A stretch of DNA of 64,000 nt from contig NMRA01000448.1 in the NCBI GenBank assembly GCA_002633005.1, forward strand, positions 186,001 through 250,000, written 5' to 3'. Source of the DNA: Phoronis australis (Eukaryota; Animalia; Phoronida). The notes under the pieces are model-generated. The model was not told the origin of the DNA, searched no databases, and was given only the letters and a program-made list of their open reading frames with translations. Shown one piece after another: positions 26,015-38,600 of this stretch. A program made the translations under genes and the position numbers. Each line of letters begins with the position of its first letter. Within the stretch, counting starts at the first letter, position 1.

Positions 26015-26368
26015 TATATAGTATCAGTGACAACTTGCGCCACTTTGAGAGCCCCAATGTGAGACACAAGCAGATTCCTCCATCTGTCCAATGAAACGGC
26101 AGAAACCTGCCACAGCGAATCGAGTTCTTTCACACAGTTCACAACAATCCCCTATTCACTACTGAATAGTTCTCACCAACCTACTTAGTTTAAACTGCAA
26201 AACCAAAGCTGCTGATCTATAATACACACAGTCACACGAAATTAGTAGTTAGTTAAAATGCATTCCCAATCGTACACTTATTAGTTATTACTACTCATCA
26301 ACAAAGAGCCTTTTTGCATCCGTAGCTGTGGCCCAGTGATTGTCGCCCCCTCTAGTGGCTGCCTAATC

Positions 26369-26629
26369 TCATAGCGTGGAGATGCGCACCACATCACGGC
26401 TGTTCCCGTCACCGTGGTTACCCGGGTTGTGATGCAGGTGCGTGTTTTCCACGGGTTCCACGCTGGATGACGTGGGCATGCTGACCACTGCCGATGAGGT
26501 GTTGTTCTGTTTATTCCTGTTGTTGTCCGATGAATGCTTGGCATTGTGGCTGGAGCGCGAGTTCTTATCGTCGTTTGGCAAGAAGCGAACCTGAACATCA
26601 TTTAGCTCATCTTCTCCTATATTGGCGTT
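26369..26629 (-). CDS. Shal: Kv4 terminal coding exon ([16 protein letters not shown]...RDVVRISTL*)
   Basis: ttttgcag| acceptor, phase 0; TGA stop at 26369-26371; class I PDZ-binding end S-T-L. Confidence 0.85.
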   Translation of the reverse strand, partial: NANIGEDELNDVQVRFLPNDDKNSRSSHNAKHSSDNNRNKQNNTSSAVVSMPTSSSVEPVENTHLHHNPGNHGDGNSRDVVRISTL

Positions 26630-29600
26630 CTGCAAAAGCAAAGGGACCTCACACTATATATCAAACAGAAAGTACTTTGATGAGTCAGCAAGACTTGGTC
26701 ACGATTGTGAGCACACACACACACACGCTTACAGAAAAAGACAACTGGGACTGGGGTATAATCTCTGTACTCAAAACAAGCCCTTAAAACTGATTGATTG
26801 CATGGCACATCTCGAGCAAACTTAAATTTGTACTCGTGATTGGTTAATTTTCAAGAGTGAGTCTGAGTCTGAGAAGTCTGAGTTTCGAGATTGGACCCTG
26901 CGCCCTGAAATTCTAGGCAAAACTCATACTCAGCTTAGACAGTAAACTTGCTTACGAACGTAAAGTGAATACATTTCCATACAATTCAGTTGGCCTCACA
27001 GCAAACGAGAGAAAACTGATATCATAGGCGAATCTAGTTCAAATCAAAGATAGCAGGGTAGAAACATTGCAAAACAAAATACGAAAATATCATCACAAAG
27101 GCCATGAAAGATTGCTGAATGGAAAGACGACAGTCGTGTGTGCGTGCTAGTGGATGCACAAGTGAACAATGGTCGCAGAGAGCGCGCTGCCATCCCACAA
27201 GATTCAACAATGATTTCATGGCCCCTGATTGGCACCCTGATGCACTAACCCGGTACTTTTTTCTGCGATTGCAGCAGCCGGTCTCAGCGGCAACTGACGT
27301 AACTGAAGGGCTGGGCGTTAGTGGTGGAGTGTGAGACGGCTTGGTGGATCCTTCCATCACGTCGGTGAACTCACATCCCTGCAACATCACACAATGACAC
27401 ATCGCTTACATCTACAGGGGATCACGTGAAAAGCTTGACGGGACAACAACTCGTCAGCTGGAAGGTATGCGATTCAAATAACTCATGTGGGCCATCCTCA
27501 AATCAGGTGAAAGGAACAGAGCAGTTTCTTTTTCATTTTTGAGTACAATATGACTTACGAAAAAAAACATTTAAAATTCTTTCTGACATTTTGTCCAATT
27601 AGGCCTCTAAGCTTTGGGATGTAAAGACTAGGCAAGAAAACGAAATGAACATGAACAGCCTGTACTTTGATGCACAATAAACTTTCAAATTCAATGCCAA
27701 TGGACAGGATGAAAACAGGATAGAGACAAAAAATTTAATTAAAAAATTCGGGAATAATTACTTTTCCCAAATACCTGCCTCCCTTTCAATTCCAGGGTAG
27801 AAAAATGAGAGAGGAAGTAAGTAAAAACTTGCAAACTCGTTGACTAGAGGATATAGTAAGGAGTCCTGAAAATCACAGCAGTCCATTGATCACGTTTCAG
27901 GAAGTTAAGTCTGGCATTTGGTAAATGAAGTAAATAACAAGTCGATCATTTTGCGTGCACAATAATTCACAGTTATTTCGCTGAACAACACAAAGATCAA
28001 TAAGTTGTCTTCACGAATGCCCGGCGAAACCCTGCCTATCTGTGCCTGCGGGCTCTAGACAGTAAGATAACGCACAGTAACCAGGTGCCATCTCGCCCCA
28101 GGAAGATTATAAAGTAATATTTTCCCTCCAACACTTTAAGTCCAGACAGGCAGTAAGCATTTTGGCTGAGTGGCACATTACACTCTGCTGCGTACAGTAC
28201 AAAGCGCCATCGTCAATTAGCACAGAAGATTGAGTGAAAAAATGAATAAAATAATTTCTGAAAGAATAACCGAGATAAATTAAAAAATAAAATCAGCGAA
28301 ATTCTTCAGCAAAGCCTTGTGAATCAGACATGCCACTTACAACTTGTTTGAAACTTTACTGAACCTTTTTCACGGTGGATCAGTCAGAATAGAATGGCAG
28401 TGCTATTAGAAGAGATGAATAGTTGAACTGATCAACATTACCAAGACGGGACAACTATTTCTACATATTTTAATAGGTTTTCAAATGCCATTAAAAAGTA
28501 TTGCAGTTGTTAGCAACCCAATCATGGTCCCATCACACCCCTGAACATATCATATTCGTGGCACTGGCATGCTTTGAATATGACATGTTTTACCCTAAAG
28601 CCAGCGAGTTAGGAAGCGACTTCGAAACTTCGCACCACCCGCATAATTCTGCTGGTCACCTCATCATGAATCTTAGATCAACATGAGGATCTCTCGACCG
28701 AAAGCAGTGTAAGCACAGAGGTCAATCAACACTCACTCGTAAATCAGTTTTTCTATAAGTTCTAAGATCTTTTGGTACACCACGTAAATTAACGTAAATT
28801 AATTAAAATTAACGGTAAAATGATCCCGGCATTTCGAATAAAGCAGGTTATTGCTGTTCCCTAACCATTAATTCCAAAATCAAGAGATGACGTATTTTAG
28901 TTGCTCACAAACAAGTCTGCCTAACACACTGAGTATTGGAGAAACAGAGTGGCAAGGGCTTAAAACTGACTTTTTATGAAGTCGGCCATTACGCAGCTAC
29001 TGCACGGTCGCAGAAATATATTGGTCATCGATACTTGGTCTGCACTAGTTGGGCCAGCCTTTTATTTCCAAGCGTTAATTGTGGCACCGATATGCATTTT
29101 GCTGTTGCGAGTTGTCAACCCGCACGTTCACTGGTAGCCAAAAAAGAAGCAGAATCTACTATGGGCACCAGAGTGTTCTGTACTCTAGAAACAGTTTTTA
29201 AGTCAAGACATGATAACGTGACTTACATGACACTACCTGTTGCTCAACAGAGCGCGCCGCCTACTTTAGACTATATTTGACTGCAGTGCCATTTCTAAAT
29301 CAACAGTATACCTGGGAGCATGTACGGGAATTTCCGATAACTTGCATTAAAGCCGCATTTCCAAAGCATAATTACTTTGTTACTGGAGGTCATAAAACAG
29401 ATCCCATTCTGGAGACAAAGGATTAGTCTAATGGCATCGCTTATTTTCTTCTCAGTTTAGCAGAAAATCTGCAATTACTGTTGAAGAACACCAAAAATCA
29501 TTGCTTAACCACTTGAACCTTCTTGGTAATGTATTTCTGATAAAAATGAATGTAATTGCTGAACGCCAATGCTTTTAATAACTGTAAAAGTAATTGTAAG

Positions 29601-32600
29601 ATTTCTAGTTAATACAAAAAATGTCCTAAGGATCATAATTAATACCCTGCATCTGCGCCAGATGATGCGCACAGTTTTAAGATATTCTTTCCCTTGTTCT
29701 CATTTAGAGCAGAGAAATGTGTTTAATCGAAAGATACCACTATTAAACTGGAACAATTAGTAAAATACATCTGCGTACAAAAACATTTTTAAGTGCCGTT
29801 TACACTACAAAAGTTGACACGAATCAGCTGACACAGAATGAAGTGATGAGCAAATTGACACTACGGTGACAACTCTTGCACATATATAGCTACAGGTGAT
29901 TATTTTCGCGCACTTTTTTACAATTTGCCAGTCAGCTGTGTCTTGCCTTCTAACTTTAACCCTGACCATCACTTATTTTGTAAGGAAATTGTCAAAATAT
30001 TGCACACACTTAACAGTCAAGACTGTTTCAATTCAAATGATTCATTATGCGCAGTAGGCCTCTTGATGAAAGCATTAATCATCTGATCAAAAAGTCAGTG
30101 AAGCAAAACTCAATGCCACAAATTAAGGCGTACGTGTTCCACTTCGGGGAATTAGAAGCACCATAACAACAACAACAACAATTCTAAAAATAATAAACTG
30201 CGACTCTTGCAATTTGCATCTTCGTGCATGAGCACTCCACATTCTTGCCTACAACTTCCGCCTTGCCACCATTTCTGAGTATTGTGTGTGTGAGTATATG
30301 ACCGCTTGACACCGATCATCCTGCACCATGTCAGTTGCGCCGTGTCAAAAGTTAGTGTCTAAACAGGACTTTAATCAATGAAGTTCACAAAAGGCGAAAA
30401 TCAATCATCAATCTGTGACGGCCACTTTGTTGGTGCGTCACAAAAAATTGAACTTGAAAATTCCACAGTGAAACCGTAATTTTGAAAAATTTGTCGTGCC
30501 AAAAGTGCATGATTTGAGAATGAAGTTTGACTAAATTCTTAAGTGTTGAAATCCATTTCATGATTTTTTACCTAAATTGAAGTAGAGAGACCACCTTTAA
30601 TACACACACATATCGTTACTTGCTCAGTAAGTGCTGTCCCCCGACATCCATTCACACCCTACCTAAAGTTAACACAGTAACAATCTCTGGCAATCTCTGT
30701 GACAAGTGTTGGTCACCCATGCAGGACACACAGACAGTGATTGGGGCGTGTTGGACAAGAAACTACAAGAAACTACAAGTTAGGTTGTATTGTGGTTATT
30801 GGTGACAGAGATAGTGACAAGTGAGGCTGAGTAGTGGCACAGCTGACTGATGAAACAATAAGTGGCCGATGAAAACCCCCAAGATTAGGTAAGCAAGTGA
30901 ACAGCTGCCAGACGAGGCAGAAACTTTTAACATAGACAAAAAAAAATTCAATCTCTGCACAGCCACTGATACCATCTGCAGGGGAAGACTGTAATTTGCT
31001 GTTTGATGGAACTGATTACTAGAAGCCATTTAAGACCAGTTTATAATGATGTAGCAAATGACACTAGTAAGTCCACCACCTTGATTTTATTGGCTTGATG
31101 CTGCATTCTCTAGGCTTGGCCAGTAGGCCACATAACATAAAGTCGGCCTAAGGCTCTGCTTGAGGCCAGTTTTAGACAGATGTTACATTTTGAAAGACTG
31201 TATGATCAATGTCAACACAAAAACACACCACAGCACTGACTGGGTGCAGCTGCATACATCAGTGAAACGAGATCATGCAGTCAGTGAAAGACTCCCTTGA
31301 TTATTTCCCTCAAGCCATCATGTTTTCACCGTCTTCAATAGGCAAATAAATGCGTTGCACAAAACTCTGATGATCTCAACGATTGCCAACAAAACTTGCA
31401 ATATGCCCTAGCATCAGTGGGGAAAATTGGAGTGCATGTCCCCCCTAAAAAGAAACTTCATCGGGCATTTAAGTTGATGGGCTCGAGTTTGATGAATATA
31501 AAGGCTAAAATTGAAATGAATTCAATTATTGTATTTTATACACTGAAACGAATCACGATTTTGATCCAAAAACCAAAATTCGTAAAGCTACATGTCCTTA
31601 CATTCTCTTACAACAATCACAAGATGTCAATCTAAGTCCCAGAAAAACCTGATCTGCAGTTATTTTATGCAAAATTGATTAAATACACGACACTTGTCGT
31701 TATTAACAATCTTCGTTCCGTTCGTATCCTCGGAATAATGTTTGACACTCAACTGAACATTGGTGAAGCAACTAACAGCTGAACCAGGATCCCCTTTCAC
31801 CCGTTGTATACTAACTAGTTGAAGACATAGCTTGATGTTGTCAGATAGCATCCAGCTTCCTTGACTCGTTTCGACCCTAAACCATAACAGTCTCCATTGG
31901 TGGGTCCACAGTGGCAGCCAACCCCCTGTGCACCATTGAGGCCCCCAACTTCCTTCATTCCGACAGTACCACAGCCAACAAGATGTCCTCTCGGCTGTCT
32001 CATCCAGTCTTCTCACCGCAGCTTTCTTCCTTCCCCCTCGTACAGCAAGCTTCTCCGGCAACTACCACACAGATCTTGCAGCAAATCCTCTACAACCCAC
32101 CTCTACAGGAAACAACCAAGTTCGCCAGCCTCTACCTCTGCATGTCTTTGTCAGCTCACTATACTTAGATAACTTCCTCTCTTGGGCCTCTTCGCATCCT
32201 TCCTTCCAAGAGACTGTAATTTCTATAATCACTATGCGTTGATGAATATCCGACCGCAGAATCATGTCAGGCCTCAGTGATGTTTCAACAATATTCGGAA
32301 ACACAAGCTTCCTTCCCAGATCTACTCTCAATTCCCAGATCTACTCTCAATTCCCAGATCTACTCTCAATTCCCAGATCTACTCTCAATTCCCAGCTTAC
32401 TCCATCCAGGATGCAAGGCTGCTGACGGGACTTCTTCCTTATCTCACCTGTCCTGACGAATTGAATGTGTTGGCTACTTGCCCTAGGCTGAGTTGCTCTT
32501 GTCTTACGCTCTCCATCTACGATGTCTACAAGGGTCTTCAGTACTTGGTCATGACGACATCTGTATCGGCCCTGCTGAAGTGCCATCTTGCACCATGATG

Positions 32601-35600
32601 TGGGCCAATGTACCTCTTCCTTCCCACAACTGGCAGGCTGGGTCATCCACTAGGCCCCAAGAGACAAGATTAAAAGACACACAATATTTCAACACATACT
32701 CGTTTCCTTCTCAAGTGGAAATGAAATGACGCAGTAATACCACCACAGACCAAAAGCTGGAGACATACACAGTGGGACACGGCAGGTGTGAAATAGTGCA
32801 ACGAATGACAAATGAATAACACTTCTGAAGCGAAAGTCCGCCCCGTTGCCCAGTGCAGTGCTGTTTATGAGTTTGTATGCCCTATGAACAAATGTCTTCA
32901 AATGTGAAGCAATGTTACATTGGTCAAACGGTTCGCAGTCTTTGCCGTCGGTTATCTATGCATCTGCAAAATGGCACCATTCAAGAACATTTTCTGCAAT
33001 GTCACAAACGTAAAATCACCCGGCAAGAAATTGTGGAAAACACATTATTTCGGTACGTAGAGCAAGATGTGCTGCGATTGAAAGTATTGGAGTCCCTTTT
33101 GATTGCATTTGAGAAGTCCGTTTTGAATGAGCAGCAAACAGCTTTGCGTCGCACGTTACACTTGTTAGCGTGACTTTCCTGTTACCCCCTTTCATTTGTC
33201 ATTCTTTGCAGTATTTCACACTTGCCGTGTCCCACAGTGTAAGTCTCTGTGGTGATATCACTGCGTCATTTTGTTTCCACTTGAGAATGGAACAAGTAGG
33301 TTTCGAAATATTGTGTGTCTTTTAATAATGTCTCTTGGTCAGTTGCTTCACCAATGTTCTGTTGAGTGTCGAACTTTGTTCCGAGGATACGAACGGAACA
33401 GAATAAAGATTATTAACAACCACAAGTGCTATGCATTTACTAAATTTTGCATATCGTAAACTTGTTGCCGAAGTACAGGCAGTTATTTTAGAGGGCCCAA
33501 CGACATGCGGAGTGGGATTTTATGAACCTGGGTCAACGACCACGATTCGTTTAGTTGAACAACACAAAAAACTGGTGCAGTTTGAATTGTAAATGCTTTA
33601 ATCACCAAACTCCGGTCCAGCAACTTTAAGATCGAATTTTGGAAACAATATAAAATAACACTGATGCGCCTCTGACTAGCAACAGCCGAGTTGTTTATCG
33701 TGCACTACACAACTTAACAAACACGCTGCCCTCTAGTGTCATGTGAAAGAACTATATGAGGCTATTTACCCTCTCCGACAGCCGTCTACGTCTAGTTCGC
33801 TTGTAAAAGACAAGACGGAAACATAAGACAGGCATGAGAAAATAAAACCACATCTTACTGTCGTCTTCTCCAAGCAATTCAACAAGTGGTGGTGCTGCAG
33901 CTCAAACACATCAACCTCTTTTTCATCAGTGACCTCCTCCCCTGCGGCTCGCTGACGCATTCGCTCCTCTGCTCGCTTCTTACTGTTGATAAAGGCAGCG
34001 CCACTAGCATTCTTCGCCATGCGGATGCGGGCCAGCCTGGCTTTCTGCAGATAAACATGCAAAATGCGATAAAGAAAACACTGGTGAATGCAGTGAATTG
34101 AGACTTAACATCCTGAACTACATGAAATAAAATTTTTAACATGTCAACACACTTCACGACGTCAAACTGATAATACACATTACAAGCATTAGAAAAATAT
34201 TTTATAAGTTTGATCACTACAAAAACAATATATGCATATGTCTATGTCTATGTACATGCCAAAACTGAAATACCGTAAACTCGCGGGTTAACGCCCTGGG
34301 CGCTTAAATTGAGAAACCCTGAGACGGGACTACATTTCATTACCTGCGCTATTGTATTGTTAGTGTTGTTCGTATGACTGTGTTTGGTTGGAAACTTTCC
34401 GGTCCCGTCTCGTTATTGTTAATGTCGTCTGCATATTAAACCTGATAAACTTTCGATTCACTCTTTAGTTTATCTGGTGCTGGATTAAAAACACGGATAA
34501 TTCGTTCGTGGCCGACACAAACCGTTTGCAATTACAACGAGAGGGGCATGTGAATATTGCTCAATTTAAATCTGAGGAAATTAATCTATCAACATCCTAC
34601 GCTCTTTGCGTGCAATTACAACGAGAGGGAGTCGATTAATTAGTCAATTCAAGTATGGGTTGAACCAGGAAATAAAGTTATCAAAATACCGTGCTCTATA
34701 CCTGACATTACATCAAGAGGTTAGTTGATTGATTGCTCAATTCAAATCTGGGTCAACCCAGGAGGAAAATCTAGCAAAACCAACTTCTCCGTCTGAAAAT
34801 ACATGTCGATGTTTCGAAGTTTTACTTCTTCTAGCCAAACACTCAAAAAACTTGATCTACTGAACTCGAAAACGCATCGGAAAGGGTGCCTGATATGGCA
34901 AAAATTTAGACTAGGTAATTTGAAAATTTGTCACCAAGACAAACCTACGTCGGTGATGACCCCGACGTCATAGGCCTAATCACATAGTAGACTAGTGTCA
35001 CTTCTATAAAAATCTACGGAGTAAGCCTACATTAATTTAACAAAAGATCAGTTGATACCTTTAAAAAAGGTGTTTGCTGCGCTTGAATAATTCCACAAAC
35101 GCCGGGTGAAAAACGTACTTTTCGAGACAATTGTACATAGGTGTAAGCATGCCCTTTTTCCGCAAACACGGAAGTCTGAGACAGAGGCAAAGCTGTGAAC
35201 AAAAGCACGGGTTCAAGCGCAAGTTCTGTAAGCAGTAAGTCGAGGATGGGCGATTACACAAGAGATGGGCGCTTACGTGGAAATTAGCACAAAGTAGGGA
35301 ATGGGCGATTACACAAGCAATAGGCGCTTAAACGGAAAATTGACCAAAAGTCAGGAATGGGCGATTACATGGGCATGGGTGTTAACCCGCGAGTTTACCC
35401 TAAGCCACATACATTAGGGTCTTAAAAACCACCATGTTCTTTAGAGATTTCGAGGGCTTTTTACAAGACAATGGCAGTAACTTTATAGGATTATAACAAG
35501 GCCAAACAGAGCGCGTTGATCATTTCTACAGCAAGTTTGTCAGCTGCAAATTTACTTTGTTCACAATAGAAGTTGTTCACTTTTCATCTTTGGCCTTATG

Positions 35601-38600
35601 GCTGTAGGTGGCTTTACAGAGCACTGCATGTTGTGTAACTTCAACAGCAGTGACTGAACAACATATTTTGAAAACATAACAGCACCATAAAATCCCTCAA
35701 ATATTTTTCAACATTCTATAATCACATTACATTTTTACTGTTTACTTGAATGCATTACTTCGCCAATAATATTGAAAGCAAAGAGAATTAGTTTCTGCTA
35801 CATAATTATGTTTTAGAATGTCAAGCAAGTACTTACACAAGAGTTAATTTAAACAGTGCCAAGTTGACAAATGAAAACTGCAATCCAGACTGACACTACC
35901 GACCAGACCCTAAAATAATTCATGCCATCAAAGTATTTTTATCTCAGCCCACCGAGTTTTTTTAGCTCTAATGCCCCCACGGAGGTCACTGTAACATATT
36001 TGCCGTAATAAGCACTCACATCTTAAAAGTCATTCCAACTGGTTCTTGAACTACATAAATATAAGTGACTTCTTTTTCAGAATAACTAACGATTTAAAGC
36101 AAATACCAACTTTTTACAACAATGATTTCAGCCTTTCTATTCATTCCGGTGACCCAGAGGATTGCACGGAATTATCAAGGCTCCTGTATATCTGCATATT
36201 TGTAATCAAGCGAATCACACTTCAAATTTCTGTCATGTTTCAAGAAAGGTAAATAACATGATTTTATCTTGAGAAAACATAAAAATCTTTATGAATGCAT
36301 GCTAACTTTACACATGGTATGATGGCATCACAGAGAGGCCATACTTATTTTCCAATCTTAGTTTCATGATTTCAATAGCACCCACGTCCAATTATACTCA
36401 TCTGTGGTGAGAAATAAAAGTAATATTTCATCAATTGGCTATCGGAGGTGATGAAAGGGTAGAAAATAAATGGAACTTCATATCGATCAGTCTGAAGATT
36501 ACATATCACAAAATGAAATTGCATGCAATTTTTATCTGAAGCAAAGCATCGTTGGGATCAAGCTTGTACACCAGTAACAGCACCTCTGGGACTAAGTTTT
36601 TAACGAATTTAATGACTTTCTAAGTAGTGCCCTGTATGCTTATTAGAGTGAAAAGAGTAATTGTGATTTTTAAAACAATTTATAGTACAGGAATATTCAA
36701 AACCACACATCGCAAGCCACGAGGTAATAGTGTGCTCATAGCTTCAACTCATACTGAAATGCTTTTACAGGCATGTTTCAAAGATTTGCTAAAATTTCGT
36801 GAAGTAAATGGAAAACAAATATGGGGAATAAAACGGGTTGTTTCATAATTCAATAATCGAACAACAAACATAACGCAACGTTAAGCTCCCGATTCTACAA
36901 AATACAGACAAAAAGAAGCAACCTAACTAAACACAAAGAAAAATTCGAAAGAAGACCAAGAAATGCTAAAACTACAAGTCAAAAACAGCAGTTCAGCCTC
37001 TGAACATGGTTAAGCTGAACTTTCCTCAAGGCAATAAATAACAAGAGCAACGCTGGGGAGTTGACATGCGCCCACGGTACATCGCATACGATATGATTCT
37101 AAGGACCACTAGTAGGGGCTGTAGTAGTTGAATCAACCCTAAAATCAAATGGTGCCGGCACCTTGTCATCATATACTGCTGAGCAATATTTCAGAGAAAT
37201 CTGTCAATCAATTCTATGGATATAATCTGGAAACGCTCTTCTCCTAAACACTATTTAAAAACCCCCTGTCGAGGACAAAATGGTGTCGACATATGGTCAT
37301 CGTATATAACGATGCAGTTTCAATAAAATCCACTGATCAGTTCTCTGGCCACCCTCCAGATGCACTTTTCTCCCAAACAACACATGAAAAACTTCTTGTC
37401 ACAATGCTGCAGTGGATAAATCCTTCCTAAAAATGAAGGGTCCAGCGCACTGACTTCCCATATGTCTGTGGTGTCAAGTTTTGTTGATAGTGAATTGTTT
37501 TCTTAGATATCCAGAGTTGTTCTTTCCCCAAACAACACATGAAAAACCCTTTGAGAACAAAATGGCTGCTAGGAGGTGCTGTAGTAGATAAATCCGTGCA
37601 AAATTTTAATGGTGATGGCGAATACCTCTGTGTCAAGTTTCATTAAAAAGTTTCTAAACACATCATTCGGAAATGTTTTTGCAGAAATAGCTACTGGAAG
37701 GTGCAGCAGTAGTCGAGTCCATTCGAAAATTAAATGGTGTCGGCACATTGACATCTTATTCCTCTGAGTCCAGCGTAATCGAAATTCGTCACTCGATTCT
37801 GTTGACATCATTTGGAAATGCTCTTCTCCCAAACAACACTTGAAAAGCCTCTTTCGAAAACTAAAGGGCTATTAAGGGGTGCTACAATGGTCAAATGGAA
37901 ATGTTGCTGCCGCACTGCCCAACACGTGTCAACTTTCATGAAATCTTCCCTCAGTTCTCTACATGTCATTGGGAATAGCTCACACAAAATAACCACAAGG
38001 TTACAGAGGTCGAACATACCGGAAAATTTAATGGTTCCACCCCACTGTCATCACAAAAAACTGCATTAACTTTCATTGAAATCCTTTACTCCATTCTTTA
38101 CATATCATCCAGAAACCCTCTCACACAAAATGGCCACTAGGAGGAGCTGCAACTGTAAAGTTTCAATGCAATCCGTCAATTGGTTCTTTAGAAATATTGT
38201 TCAGAAAATGATGCTCATCCCCAAACAACACTTCAATGTAAAAAACAAAATGGCCACTAGATGCTACAGCTGGTCGAATCCACCCGAAAATTTAATGCAG
38301 TTGCCGCATCATCATCATAAACCTTTGTGTCAACTTTCATTGAAATCTTTCACTGGGTTCTCTATTATTATCCAGAAACACTCTTACACACAATGGCCAC
38401 TAACAGACACAGCAGTAGCCGAATCCACCCGAAAATCAAATGGTGCCGGTGCAATATTATAATATACCTCTCAGTGTCAAGTTTCAATGAGATCTGTCAA
38501 TCGGTTCTTCAGATGTCATCCAGAAACGCTACTCCCTCAAACAACACTTGAAAAGTCCATGTCAAAAACGAAATGGCCACTAGGAGGTGCTACAGTACTC

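Noticed and set aside
27034-27249. Open reading past the RKKYR donor as an alternative Kv4 C-terminus
   Set aside because: A good donor and a proper terminal exon exist, and the extension has no recognisable features; cannot be supported without transcripts
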